Part shown: piece by piece, positions 27,111-41,623 of the stretch | How the letters are laid out: the number at the start of each line of letters is the position of its first letter | Numbering within the stretch: the first letter of the stretch is position 1 | Assembly: GCA_030264375.1 (NCBI GenBank) | Contig: JASCQW010000043.1 | Coordinates: 87,388,392 to 87,452,391, forward strand | Reading direction: 5' to 3' | Origin: Carcharhinus longimanus | Taxonomy: Eukaryota | DNA length: 64,000 bases | Made by a program: the position numbers and the translations under genes | Notes under the pieces: model-generated | What the model saw: the letters and a program-made list of their open reading frames with translations, nothing else | Databases searched by the model: none | Told to the model about the DNA's origin: nothing

Positions 27111-29940
27111 AAATATGGTGTGATATGAGAATATATTAAAACCTAAGTATAGTGCAGCATTAAGATTCAAACTATAGTAATGGTATTAACATAAACAGAT
27201 TCACGATGCTCTCTGACATGAGGTTGACAAAACCATGCAGATAACAGAAATTACATAGGTCTACAAAGACCCATGTAATTGAACATAAAATGCTAGAAAT
27301 TTAAACTGGTTGTAAGATGTTACCTTTAGTCAGCTATGCAGTTTGCTATTAGTAATTTAAGGAAACATTAAGCTGAATATTATGATTGGCTAGATGAGTG
27401 AAGGTATTTGGAAACAGGAGGAAGAGATGTGTTGCTGAAGTGGAGGATAAATGCTGACTAGGCCAAATGGTCTTACTGTGTTTGATTTTTTTAAAAAAAA
27501 ACACTTCTGGTTGTTCTTTCTAGCATGTGACTATTTTTTTTGTCAGCATAATGTGCTCTTCCATGGCCAAGTAGAAAAATCCCAAAATTGCTACCTTTTT
27601 AAAAGTCCTTTAGGCATGTTGGGTTTGTTTCAAAAGGTGCACAGTCAAATCTCTGCAACAGCTGTGTTGCACAGGATGCTAACGCTCAGTGCACACTTCT
27701 GACTGCTAGCTGAAGTTGCAAGAGATTCTGGTAGAACCTTACAATTTTTGTTAGGAGTCTGAGGAGTTCTTTTGGGTGTCTTGGTCAACATTTATTCCTC
27801 AACTAAGAAGCTGCAATTGATCATTGTCAGCTGTTTGAGAACTTTCTGAATGGAGATCGCTACCTAAACTGCAGAAATGATTTGTTGGCTGTGAAATGCT
27901 TGGATGACCTGATGCTATAAAATGTTATGCAAGTTGGCTTGTCTTTTTTTTCCACCCTCTTGAGAAGTTCTCATTTGTTCTGTTTTCTCCTCCTGTTTTG
28001 CTTTGTGTGGCGTGCAAGTTGCATTGTCTAATTTTCTAGCCTGTTTAGGCTTGTAGCTTCATCCTCTGATTTTTAAACTGTGTTCAAATAGTTTTTTAAA
28101 ATCTTTTCATTTAAGTTCTTAAACCCATTTAAAATGCAGCTGTCCTATATAGGCCACCATGATTTAAAGGTATGGAATTGGACTATGTATTGATTACTTG
28201 GAGAGGGAAGGGTAAACCCCNNNNNNNNNNNACCCCATTAACCACTTTTTTCTGACAAAGCAGCATGTGGTCAGCCTTGGGCTGAAACATGGGAGATAAT
28301 GACTGTACCACAAGTGCTTGCCAGCAAAGGCCCTGTGAATTTTCTGTCACTTTCCACTAACATCCTGCAAAGTCATCCTTGATCATGAGTTCAACTGGAT
28401 TAGATGCATGTGTGACAGACCAGAGGCTGTACACTATGTAGTAACCAGCTCGCCATCTGACTTGCCTGTGCCTCAATTATAGGGACACCATTATCACACG
28501 GACGGCTTATGATTTGAGATCCAGAATCTCAATTTTCAGCTCAACCAAATAAGGGATGGCGACTGTCAAACATTGTTCCCTTTCTAACCAACATTTTTGT
28601 GTTGCCTGCAGGAATACATGACCAGGATTGTTCTTCAGTTTTTAAATTGACATGTTCTGTTAAGATCTAAAACCAATATTTATTTTGTGTAGAGCAACAT
28701 TTGTCCCAATTTTTGGACCAGTTTTGTAAATTTGAATGGACCAAATTTGGAAATTAGACATGTACAAAAAAAATTACTCAAACTGTTCTGTTAAATGCCT
28801 GACCCTTGGTGTCACTATGCTTAATTCCACTTATCTGGCAGCAGGATGCTCAGAGATCTTTGTTAAATGTTGGGATGGCTGACGACTTGGGGTGTCTTAA
28901 ACTCTTCAAGGGCAATTATAGTTTGAATCTCCAGTGCTGCCACAAAATGTCACTGTTAAAACTTTGTCTATTTTTTTTCAATTACATAGTTGACTCAGTT
29001 GCATTTGGTTGAAAAATCCAAACATGTTGAAAACTGAACAAAATCTTCTTTTACCAGGTCTTAAATATCACTTCAAATAGTCATCTGACATCTGTTCAGT
29101 ATCTTGGAACTGAACTGGTGATGGGAAGCAGTCAAAATCTGTATTAGCCTTGCATAAAATTGGAGAGGCTGTTGATGGGATGAACAAAATTTTGGCAGCT
29201 CGCACAACCAGATTGTGGCTAGATGAGTAAATTTCAGTGACATGTAACAGGAATACATGGCTTCGCAACATATGCCATGCCCATTAATCACAGCATTGGC
29301 TTGGATCTAAATGCAGAAGTTGCATTTGCTGTGCGATACATCAAACTGATCTATTTTTAGGTAGACATTGTATTATCTGCTCGAATATTGCATTTGTTTG
29401 TAAATTGTCTCAGATGAAAACTTGTTGCACCAACTATCCCTATCCTAAAGCCGTCTGAACCTGTAGGATTTTTTTTCTGTCTTGACCTTGAACAAATATT
29501 CTGTCACATCAGTAAAAATGTTGGCCTTAAATATTTATTGCATCATTTGGAAGGTAATTTGTGTGAATGGTTTGAAACCAATGCTGTAAGGGTCTAGTTG
29601 CATCTGTGCAAAGAAATAGTTTGTTTCAGCCAAACTTTCAGCAGGGGTCAAAACAACAGTCTGTTTCTCTCTATAGATGCTGCTGAGCGTTTTCAACGAC
29701 TGCAATATTTTGGTCTTGCACCAATCGTCTGAAGTCTGGTTAAAATCTGAATAAACTGGGGGGAAAAAAAAAATCAGGGTTTTGATTTGCTCTGAATAGA
29801 ACTAACCAGTCTTGTACAAGGTCACCCTGGGACACTAGTGTTGTTTTGAATGCAATAATTCATTTCCAAGATCACTTTAATGTTAATTTTCCTTGTGCAA
29901 AATCTGTCACCTCTTTCATGCAAAAAGATAATCTTTTTAA

Positions 29941-30228
<288 letters not shown>

Positions 30229-30871
30229 TAGAAAATGTAATTTTCTGCTGGAACTGTTCATAAATATGCATGGACAAAAATAGATTTAAGAGCTCACACT
30301 GACTTCAGTCATTTCCCACCCTGAAGGTGCAGGTTTGAACTGTGCTTTCACAGCTGGTGCAGTAATAAATTTAAAGCGGTTATAATCTTTATTTCAAACC
30401 TACTATAGAGGATAGAGTTCTAATCCTTATTGTGTTGCTAATGTGTTATTTTAAATTTAGCAGAAATGTAAAGCAAGACTTAAAGCTGAGAAATGGGACT
30501 TGTACTCTTTAACAACAAATGTGTTTTCAAGGTAGCTTATGCAGTAGTAGCTTGTCTGGACTGTGCAGATAGGCACTATGTGAGGTCTCCAGAACTCGGA
30601 TATGATTGGCAAACAAAATTTGTTACGCTGCAGTGTAAATGGAGAGGAATGTTCAAGTTGTCACACTTGGGTGCTACAATCTTTAGTTATAGGTGAAAGA
30701 TAGATTTGAGCTATAAATTTTCTAGACTAAATCTTTGTGTGTTTTATACTGTTGGCCAGGTGTTTTTATTGACGTGAACAAGTTTACTCACATTCACTTT
30801 ATCATGACTGGCCTTGCTTGACATCAAATAACTTTGAAAATGTGGTCTTGTGTGTCTCTCCTCTCCTGTAA

Positions 30872-31246
30872 GGGGAGATGATGGCCTAGTGATACTATCA
30901 CTACTGTTAATCCAGAAACTCCCCTAATGTTCTGAAGACCTGGGTTCAAATCTCGCCGCAGTAGTTGGAGTTTGAATTCAATAAATATATCAGAATTAAG
31001 AATCTACTGATGACCATGAAACCATTGCTGGAAAAAGCACATCTGATCCTGTAGGGAAGGAAATCTGCTGCCCTTGCTTGCTCTGGCCTGTGTGACTCCA
31101 GAGCCACAGCAACATAGTGACTCTCGACTACCCTCTGAAATAACCTAGCAAACTACTCAGTTACACAAAGGCAGCTAGGCAACTCGATGTGCAATAAATT
31201 CTGGCCAGCCAGTGATGCCCATGTTCCACAAATGGATTAAGAAAAA
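30872..31246 (+). mobile_element. tRNA-derived SINE sharing head and tail with the LINE at 59289-61857
   Basis: A-box-like tggcctagtga, B-box gggttcaaatc, body ggaaatctgc...gtgtgactccagagccacagc, tail gcaataaattctggccagccagtgatgcccatg...aaaaa. Confidence 0.85.
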
Positions 31247-31627
31247 GGCAATCTTCAGTGGGTGTAATCTGGTCTGATTGTGTGGTTTCCAGCCCTGGGA
31301 TTCTGATTAATGGAAAATATTGTCTAACCTTTGTCACTTAACTGTTGTTTTTTAATGGATTGTTCTTTGTCCTAATAAACCAGTTCTTTTTAAAATACAA
31401 AAATTAAAGCACTTTAATTTTGGTATTGCTTGTTTTGGAACAATTTAAAAGGCTTTTGTGTGCAGGAGTAGACTATTGTGTCCCCATGAGCCTTCAGTGA
31501 CTCCATCTACCTACCTTGGTTGCATATTTCTTCTGTCCCGGCATTGCAAAAGATGCAAATTTCTGATTTTAAATATGAATTGAGCTAGTACCTATTGCTT
31601 TTGGTAAGGTTCTACGCACTCCCACCT

Positions 31628-34190
31628 TAGAGTCATAAAGGTTTACAGCATGGAAGCAGGCCCTTCGGTCCATCTTGTCCATGTTGCTTTTTTTGAACGC
31701 CTTAAGCTAATCCCAATTGCCTGCATTTGGCCCATATCCCACCAGATCCATCATACTCATGTAACTATCTAAATGCTTTTTAAAAATAAAATTGTACCTA
31801 CCTCGACTACTACCTCTGACACTTGTTCCATGCACTCACCACCCTCTGAAAAAAATCGCCCCTTTGGACACTTCTGTATCTCTCCCCTCTCACCTTAAAC
31901 ATATGCCCTTTAGTTTTAGACTCCCCTACCTTTAGGGAAAATATTTTGACTATCTACTTTTGTCTGTGCCCCTCCATTATTTTATAGACTTCTATAAGGC
32001 CACCCTTCAGCCTCCTACACTCTAGAGGAAAAAGTCCTAGTCTATTCAACCTCTCCTTATGTCTCAATCCATCGAGTCCCCGTAGCATCCTAGTAAATCT
32101 TTTCTGCACTTTCTTGTTTAATAATGTCCTTTTATAATAGGGTGACCAGAACTGCAGAGTATCCCAAATGTGGCCTTACCAATGTCTTGTACAACTTCAA
32201 GACCATTCCAACTCCTGTATTCAATACTCTGACCGATGAAACCAAGCATGCCAAATGCCGCTGCCTTCATCCTTCCACCTTCCACCTGTGACTCCACTTT
32301 CAAGGAGCTAAGAACGTGTATCCATAGATCTTTTTGTTGTTCGTAACTGTCCCCAGCACCTTACCATTAAGTGAGTAAGTCCTGCCCTGGTTCAATATAC
32401 CAAAATGCATCACCTCGCATTTGTCTAAATTAAACTCCATCTGCCATTCGTCAGCTCACTGGCCCAATTGATNNNNNNNNNNNNNNNNNNNNNNNNNNNN
32501 NNNNNNNNNNNNNNNNNNNNNNNNNNNNNNNNNNNNNNNNNNNNNNNNNNNNNNNNNNNNNNNNNNNNNNNNNNNNNNNNNNNNNNNNNNNNNNNNNNNN
32601 NNNNNNNNNNNNNNNNNNNNNNNNNNNNNNNNNNNNNNNNNNNNNNNNNNNNNNNNNNNNNNNNNNNNNNNNNNNNNNNNNNNNNNNNNNNNNNNNNNNN
32701 NNNNNNNNNNNNNNNNNNNNNNNNNNNNNNNNNNNNNNNNNNNNNNNNNNNNNNNNNNNNNNNNNNNNNNNNNNNNNNNNNNNNNNNNNNNNNNNNNNNN
32801 NNNNNNNNNNNNNNNNNNNNNNNNNNNNNNNNNNNNNNNNNNNNNNNNNNNNNNNNNNNNNNNNNNNNNNNNNNNNNNNNNNNNNNNNNNNNNNNNNNNN
32901 NNNNNNNNNNNNNNNNNNNNNNNNNNNNNNNNNNNNNNNNNNNNNNNNNNNNNNNNNNNNNNNNNNNNNNNNNNNNNNNNNNNNNNNNNNNNNNNNNNNN
33001 NNNNNNNNNNNNNNNNNNNNNNNNNNNNNNNNNNNNNNNNNNNNNNNNNNNNNNNNNNNNNNNNNNNNNNNNNNNNNNNNNNNNNNNNNNNNNNNNNNNN
33101 NNNNNNNNNNNNNNNNNNNNNNNNNNNNNNNNNNNNNNNNNNNNNNNNNNNNNNNNNNNNNNNNNNNNNNNNNNNNNNNNNNNNNNNNNNNNNNNNNNNN
33201 NNNNNNNNNNNNNNNNNNNNNNNNNNNNNNNNNNNNNNNNNNNNNNNNNNNNNNNNNNNNNNNNNNNNNNNNNNNNNNNNNNNNNNNNNNNNNNNNNNNN
33301 NNNNNNNNNNNNNNNNNNNNNNNNNNNNNNNNNNNNNNNNNNNNNNNNNNNNNNNNNNNNNNNNNNNNNNNNNNNNNNNNNNNNNNNNNNNNNNNNNNNN
33401 NNNNNNNNNNNNNNNNNNNNNNNNNNNTCATAACACTTTTGTCACCTACCCTTCCTTATTTACCAAGAGGAGGTCAAGTTTTGCCCCATCTCCAGTTGGG
33501 CAATCCACATACTGAATGAGAAATTCCTCCTGAATACACAACAAATTTCTCTCCATCCAGCCCTCATACTATGGCTGTCCCAGCCAACGTTGGAAAAGTT
33601 AAAATCTCCGACTATTACCATCCTATTTTTCTTGGAGTTATCTGTAATCTCCTTACTTGCTCTTCAATTTCCTGCTGACTATATGGAGGGCTTTATAGTA
33701 CAACCCTATCAGTGAATTTTTTTTCCCTTATTTCTCAGTTTTACCCATATAGACTCCATGGCTGAACCCTTGGATATATACCTCCCTCCCTTCCCTTTCC
33801 ATCCATCCCCACACACCACACACCCCTGCCCTGCCCTCCCCCTGCCGCCAAACTAGTTTTAAACCCTCCCAAGTGGCTGTAGTAAATCTCCTCCCTGCCA
33901 GGATGTTAGTCCCTCTCCAGTTCAGATGTAACTCATTCCTCTTGAACAAGTCACCCCTTCCCCAAAAAAAAACCCAATGATCCAAAAATCTAAATTTCTG
34001 CCCCCTGCACCAGCACTCATGCCAGGCATTCATCTGCCTAATCCTCCCTCCTATTACTACTGTCTACCACATGGCACTGGTACTAGTCCAGTAAGTACTA
34101 CTTTCAGGGTCCTGCACTTTAGCCTTCTGCCTAACTCTCTCTCCACATTTCAGGACCTCATCCCTTTTCCTACCTACGTTGGTACCTTCT
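31628..34190 (-). mobile_element. CR1 LINE spanning a gap: ORF2 3' part, endonuclease fragment and ORF1 SGNH-esterase fragment
   Basis: ORF2 AFGMLGFIGQSIEYRSW (32118-32303). ORF1 NAW...WCRGQKFRFLDHW..FWGRGDLFKRNELHLNWRGTNILAG (33728-34033) is the esterase motif of CR1 ORF1. Confidence 0.85.
32473..33427. other. Assembly gap (largest of eight; others at 5388-5526, 9158-9257, 28221-28231, 48215-48314, 51530-51536, 57690-57699, 62375-62392)
   Basis: Runs of N. Confidence 0.99.
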
Positions 34191-34357
34191 ACGGGATGTA
34201 TTTCTCCCCTTTCCTGTTCTGGGTATTCATGATTTTTAAAACTTCTGGTCCATCTTTCCATCCAGTGATGTCGTATTTGGCTGCTTTGAAATCTATTGCC
34301 ATAATTTTGCTTAATCAAATTTATGATGTTATCTACACCAATATTTATTAGCAAACC

Positions 34358-34385
<28 letters not shown>
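34358..34385. repeat. (TA)n microsatellite
   Basis: About 14 TA units, directly visible. Confidence 0.9.
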
Positions 34386-34388
<3 letters not shown>

Positions 34389-34859
34389 CTCTCGTTCATT
34401 ACTTAAATCATAATTTCTCCATTAATTACTACTTAGTTTGAGGATAGACCATAATCCAGATTCTCTTTGTTAGCATTTGCCTTCTAGAAGGCATTCAAAT
34501 GCTCAAAAGTTCATAAAGCCATTTCCTTGTCACCTTTTGTAACTTGATCTCTCCATGCATTTCCCTCACCATTTTCTTGGGGTGGGAGCTTTTTTAGTTC
34601 CTAGGACCTCAGTCTTCTCTGCATGTTCTCTAATACTGTTTCTTTTTATTTAGTGAGCTCCAGTCCTTGTTCCATTATTTGTTTCCTTTTTGGAAATGTT
34701 AAATCTGTTGTCCCTTTCCTCTCCTGTGTGAAAGCTGACAGAAGTAACTATTCAAACCTGTTTACAATCTCTCTAAGACCCACATTGTGGAAGCATATTC
34801 CGTGTCCATATTCAGCTTGGATTGATAACTAACAAGTAATGGTCACTGCCTGACACTCG

Positions 34860-35410
34860 TTTGACATGAATATCTCCAGCAAGTGAAGATACTGTGGCTG
34901 CAAGAGCAGGTCAGAAGCTCGGAAGCCTGCTGTGAGTAATTGATCTCGTGCATCCCCCAGTGCCTGGCCACCATCCGCAAAGCCGAAATTGTGGGTGATG
35001 GAATTGGATGAGTGCAGCTGCAATGATCCTCAAACTTGACACCATCTAGGACAAGCAGTCTGCGTGATTGGCAGTTCCACTACCATTGATGTATAGTGGC
35101 ATCTGTGTGTACCACCTACTCAATAGGACTCCTTTTGATTGTACCTTCCTAACTTATGACATTTATAACACTTGCAAAAACAAGGGTAGTAGATCCATGA
35201 GTGTGCCACCAACTGGAACTTTGACTCCAAGCTATATACCATCCCGACTTGGAAATACATCGCTGGAACTATCAACCATTCCTTCACTGTTATGGGGTCA
35301 AAAGCCTGGAATTCTTGTGGGTATACCTGCACCATATGGGCTGCAGATGTTCAAGAAGACATCTCACCACCACCTTCTTAAGGGCAGTTAGAATTGGGTA
35401 GCAAAAAAGA
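34860..35410 (+). mobile_element. 3' fragment of the LINE family at 59289-61857
   Basis: ggatgagtgcagctgca...cttgacaccatctaggacaagcag...gttcaagaagacatctcaccaccaccttcttaagggcagttag is collinear with 61395-61810. Confidence 0.75.
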
Positions 35411-36377
35411 CTAACCAAGCCAACTGTTCTTGTCCACCTTTTCTCTGCATAATTAAGAACTACTAAGCTTGATATCCTTAGCAATTTCCTTCATATTCCT
35501 TTAGTAGTTTTTGTTTCTAAAATCTAGACTCTTAACTCAAAGTTTGATCAGGTTAAACATTGCCATTTGGTTATGATGTGATCATTAAAAATGTTCCTTT
35601 TTTATGTTATTTGCCAAATTTGACAACTTATACATTCTAAATCGGGTATGATTTACTACCTTGGTTCTAGAATGTATTGCTCCAGAAAGTTTTCTGGAAT
35701 CTTTTGACTTAAAGCAACTTTGCTCTCCGTTGTTATGATAGATTGACTGACTGAGGGGGTGAATCAGCTCTCACGATTACAGTTGTGGGAAGAAGTGAGG
35801 TAACAGTCACAATAACTTCATTGAAGTGTTAATGTAAGCCTTACTTGTGACTCAACGTAGGATGAAGCTGCAAAAACTGAAAACCAGCAAAGGTTGGAGG
35901 GTGGTGCTCAAGATTTTGGAGGCTTCTAGATGTTACTGAGTGCAGCGGAGATGTTTTCATTTTACATTTATTAAAAGCTTAGGAAATAAAAGCTTTTGAG
36001 GGCAAAAAGTAGCAAGTCGCTTAAAATAGTCAGTGAATGGTGGAGTGAGAATCTAGCCAGACAGTGGCTTTGAAATGCTTCATTAAAGCTTCAGATACAG
36101 AATCCCCAAGTGCAAAGTTCAAACGTTCCACAACTTTTATAGAAATGGCTAATGAGGGGGTAAAAGCTAACTCAGTATGAAATGTGGCACCTGCATTTGG
36201 GAATAAAATAGGAAACCCCCAAGTCAGAGGTAGGAATGTCAGAAAAAAACTTGGTTGTGGGGATTAACCCTGGGAGTTCCTCTTTTGAAATGCTGTCTCT
36301 TTAAATTATGTCATCTGATTCACATTTTGGCTGTTTAGCAATCTTAAACGTTAGATTCTTTCCACAGAACAATCTTC

Positions 36378-36710
36378 TTCATTTGAGGGATATGGGCATG
36401 GCTGACTGGCCAGCATTTATTGCCCATTCCTAGTTGTCCTTGGGCAGTTGAGAGTCAACCACATTGTGGCTCTGGAGTCACAAGTAGGCCAGACCAGGTG
36501 AGGAGCGCAGATTTCCTTCCTGAAACGACATCAGTGAACCAGGTGTTTTTTTTTCTGACAATGATCATCAGTTCTCTCTTAATTCCAGATTTTTTTTAAT
36601 TGAATTCAAATTCCACCATCTGTGTTGGGATTTGAACCAGAGTCCCCAGAGCATTAGCTGAATTTTTGGATTAATAGTCTAGCAATAATACCACTAGGTC
36701 ATCATTCCCT
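36378..36710 (-). mobile_element. tRNA-derived SINE, same family as 30872-31246, opposite strand
   Basis: ctggccagcatttattgccc, tgtggctctggagtcaca, gcagatttccttcc, gggatttgaacc and ccactaggtcatc are reverse complements of blocks in the 30872 copy. Confidence 0.85.
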
Positions 36711-39700
36711 TCCCCCCACCACCCCCTTGCACGGTTGTCTCCTTGTTCTGTGGGTTGGGCTAGTATGGCTGAATTTATTGTCCATTACTAATTTGAGAAG
36801 GTGTACCACTGCCCCAAATTGCTGGTGATCTTTGATTGTTCCAGCAACCATTGGGTAGAGAATGCAAAGCCTTTGACCAGGCAACTATGAAGGAGCAGCC
36901 TGGAAGATATTGTGTAATTTGAAATGGATGATTCTTGATCACATGGGAAGAGATGGGGTTGGAAAGTTTTTTTCTTTGTCATGCAAGCTTAAGTGAGTTG
37001 AAGATGGTACAGAGGCAAACAGTGTTTCAGGTGAATATCAAGTCCAGTAACAACAAAGGTGATGGAGTAGATCTGTAACAAGTTGCAGTTCATCTTAACT
37101 TGGTTGTCCTGGAGGTCTTGGCAATATAGATGCCACCATGCTTTGCATCTCTAAAGTATACAACCCAGGTGCAGTCTGATCCGTTGCATTTGAGAAACCA
37201 GTTGTAGCAACTATAGTCTTTTTAACTTGCAAGTGAAGGGTTTAAAGCCATAAAACTCGTGAGTGGTAGAGCCAGCAAAGTGAATTTTTGTATTATACGG
37301 GTGTTTGATTAAATCTGGAGATTGCAGGGGAAAGAATCTAAATTGAATGATTTGTTTGTGTATCATGGTGAAGTTGAAGTAATTTTGTTTCAGCTTTCAG
37401 GAAAAGAATTGTCACTTATAAATGAAAAGTTGCTACAAAGTGGATTGATTTTTGGGGAAGTTGTAGCTAAAAATGACAATTGATCTTTATAACGCATAAT
37501 AGAGAAGATATGGCCATGACCAGTGAATCGAGTGAAGTTGCCATGCCAAAGTGTATACTACCTGGCTATAATTTTAAGGTTTGCCTAGATTACCTTGCAT
37601 TCCCCCAAAGCTCCATGAAAATAAAGTTGCCAACAAACATCAACTTGCATTATTTTAACAAAGATGATTGATTACAGGATATTTGGACAGATGACAGCAT
37701 TCTCAAAGGTGAAGAACTTATTTTGGAGAGAGGGATGATGGAGAAGTTTAGCAAGTAAATTCCAGAGCTTTGGTCATAGATAAGTGCACATTCATGGAGT
37801 TTGCAGATGGGGGAGGAACGTGAGAAGTGAGTGGCTTTTTGGAAGAGGAGGGGGACAATAGGGAGAGAAAATAGATGAAGTTAAAGGCTAAGAAGTGGGG
37901 CAATTTGACTTGGTGGACAGTGGAGGAATATGGCAGGTGGCTAAAATGACAATACCATACCAATCATCTTTATGGTATTGGCTGCAGTGCTATGTTTTGT
38001 AGAAATTCTTGGCCTATTTATGACCAGTTGTTTGCCGAACAATCTTTGGCCTGGCCACCCCACCCCACTTTGTCTACTCAGTCCATGTTTCAACAGTGTC
38101 TGCATGTCACCTATATTGAGTAATATATATTAATGCATTCTCAATTTCCTGCTTTGCAGCTGACTTTTGAGCTAGTTACCCATCTCTTGATTTTGTTGTT
38201 CTGGGCAGTTGAAGTTTACAGGATCTGAACAAATGGGAAATGAAACTTGTTACTCGTGACATTTCCGTATATAAACTATTTCCCTTGTACCTTGGATTAA
38301 ACTTGTTTTGGTTCTCACCTGCCTCTTGAACAGATGTGGCTCAGAACCCAGATTGCTTTATTCAGGACAGGTGATTTGTTCATCAATGTCTACAGTATTA
38401 TAGCTTTTTGGAGCCCTCGAGGTTTCACCATTATAAGGGCACATTCATTAGTTTAAATGAGCTCTTTCTTAAACAGGCAAAATTTGTTAAACCCTTGAGG
38501 TACCTTGTGCATGGTAAATAGACAATCTGTACTGTAAGCCAACAGTTTAGAGCTTGTTTGAATGTAGCTGCTTCTCATTGAATGATGCCTGAATGTTAAC
38601 AGCCTCTGCAGTTGTGGTATTTTTATGGATGGACATTTATTTGGAATTTCAATTTTTTTAACATGCAATAATTTTCATACAGCTCATCTGACTAATCTAG
38701 GTTGTCATTGAGTTGGTGCCTGAAGTTGGCAGAGTAATAGATTTTTAAAAAAATCCAAAGGTAATCTAGTATTCCTTGTATCACTTTGTTTTACTGCATT
38801 AAAGATGCTATATAAATGCAATTTTGTTTCTTGATCACCTGATGTTTTTCCTTGCCTTCATCATTTGTGTTCTAACAATTTTTACTTGCAGCCTAATATC
38901 CACAATCTCTTTGCCTGGTATTCCAAAACCTGCAGAATGCCTGGTGAACATTGCAAAACTAATCTCAAGTGCATTCTAGAACCATTGCAATGTTGCTTGG
39001 ATAAATGGGGAACTTTCCATCATGCCGTCTTCAGATATTAGCACTTCATTGGTCATGCACACAACTTGACCAACTTGTCATGCTTTGGTATAAATAAGCA
39101 AAATCCTGTTGAAGTACTGTTTGTTTCTGTATTTGCACATATTTATTAATACTTATGGTAAACTTCAATTGCATGGTTTTAGGTGATCACTCTATGCTTG
39201 AAAACATTCTAGGTGGTTTTGATCTCTTGGGCATTATATATATCATGCTTCCCTGCCTTTGCTCATGTAATGAGGGATCTGTCAAAGCATAACGTTGATG
39301 TGAACATGTCAGACTGTGTCACACTAAAGTACATGGGTGGCAGAAATGAGTAGGTAGGACACAATTTTAATTCCAGTGCAAAACACCAAAATATTGGGGT
39401 TAGAGCATGAATCTTTGGAGATGCTTCTGACCTGTAGAACATACATTCTACATGTTTTGGCAGGTACAAAAGTTGCACCTTTGTGTGGCTCAACTCCATT
39501 TTTGAACAGTAAATTTTGCCAGCCTTAGGGTTTAGTTGTGCATTGTGTTCTTGTATGAATGGGCAAAGCCCATGATAAAGGGAGTAGATCACAACACTCT
39601 TTAGTGGACTTTTCTAACCATGCAGTTAGTTTGGAAGCCAACTTGTAGGAAAAAGGGGAAGCATGATGAACTGTTTCAAATCTTAATGTGCAGCAGAGTC

Positions 39701-40400
39701 TCCATGTGTTTTTGAAGTCTTGGCTCCATGAAATTCTGTACTGCTCAGTCCAGAGAGAGACTGTGACTTGAATGTTGAATTCATATAATGCACTTCTTCT
39801 TTTGTACAACATGATCACCTGTGAATTTTTTTGTTTTTGGCTCCGCAATCAAGGTGATATTTTTCTAGCTTGCTTTGTCCAAATCAATGAATGAATTTGA
39901 GAGATTTGACTAGGACCTGGTGCAACATATTGGGTTTCAGTGTAGGCTGCCTGACTAAGGGGGAAAGAGATTTAAAGAAACTTTTTTCTGCAGTAATATT
40001 GTGGGTAGAAGTTTAATATCTCAAAGTAAAGAAAAACATTAATTTGTTCGGCTAAAATGACAATTGATCATGTTATAAAATATTTTACTGCTGCTAAATT
40101 GACCACCTTTTTGATCTGTTTGAGACATTACTTGCAAGCACATTTTAAAAGTGGTTGTGTACTGATTGCAACAGGAAAAAAGTTAGATTTTGAGCTACTG
40201 CAGAAATCTCAATGGTAGGGCTCAATGAAGTATATTAATTGGTTTGTGAAGTTAGGAATCTATAGATTCCAGCTGCTCTCTACTGTTTTTCCTGAACCCT
40301 AATTGTATCTTTTCTAATTGTTTTGCTTTCAGTGCCATTTCAGCAGAAGACCTGGACGGTTAACAAATAGTTTGCCAATTCTAATTGTTCAGATCATTGA

Positions 40401-40742
<342 letters not shown>

Positions 40743-41387
40743 TAAGAGCAAATGCTTCATGGAATTTGCCAAGAGGCAGAATTAAGTAAAACTGACTGCT
40801 AAATAACACTTGTTCAAAATTGACTGTGACCTGGATGTTAGTTGCTACAGTAATGCAAATACAGGTGTATCAAATGTTGAAATTGAAAAATGGATAAAGA
40901 TGTAGTCTTGATACCCTGCTAACTTATGTTGAAGTGCACTAATTTTATGGTGGCTTACAGCCATTTTGTTGTTACTGGCAGTAGTTAAATGTGGCCCAAT
41001 TTTGTGTTCTAATGCTATTGCCTCTGATTTTAATGCCTTATTTCCTACTAGTTCTGAGTAGAGAATATAATCTCAACTCTTAACTATCATTCTTTTTGTT
41101 TAGTCTTCAAGTATCACCCAGGAAAAGACACCAGAGAAGTATGCAACTTGATGCTATCTATTTGACACTACTCATGGTCTTTACCTAGCAAGCCCAGTGT
41201 ACCTTCAGCTTCTGCCTGTAATTCACAACAGGAAATGTTTTTTACTCGATTGATCCTCCTGTATTACTAATTTTCTTTTGTAAAATCTTGGTTGCTGTTG
41301 AGACATTGTCTAACTTCAGTCTGAAGTGTTTTTGATTTATAGTATTCTTAAGTTAACCAGTGGGTGTATGGTTAATTCCACTTCTTC

Positions 41388-41623
41388 TGATGTGGAGATG
41401 CTGGTGTTGGATTGGGATAAACTCAGTAAAAAGTCTTACAACACCAGGTTAAAGTCCAACAGGTTTATTTGGTAACAAATGCCACTAGCATTTGGGGCGC
41501 TGCTCCTTCATCAGGTGGAGGCCCACTCACCTGATGAAGGAGCAGCGCTCTGAAAGCTGATGGCGTTTGTTAACAAATAAACCTGTTGGACTTTAATCTG
41601 GTGTTGTAAGACTTCTGACTGTG
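41388..41623. mobile_element. Palindromic Penelope-derived terminal-repeat element with two opposed hammerhead-like cores
   Basis: Arms 41421-41517 and 41528-41623 are reverse complements. CTGATGA-a-ggagc-agc-gctct-GAAA-gct at 41531-41558 is mirrored at 41486-41514. Confidence 0.8.

Noticed and set aside
32451-33433. 326-aa and 321-aa ORFs, plus X-rich ORFs at 5293-5560 and 47950-48373
   Set aside because: Artefacts of translating N-gaps.
41421-41623. miRNA precursor or DNA-transposon MITE
   Set aside because: A single-arm copy at 57201 and the hammerhead cores point to a Penelope terminal repeat. No target-site duplication was recognised and there is no small-RNA evidence.
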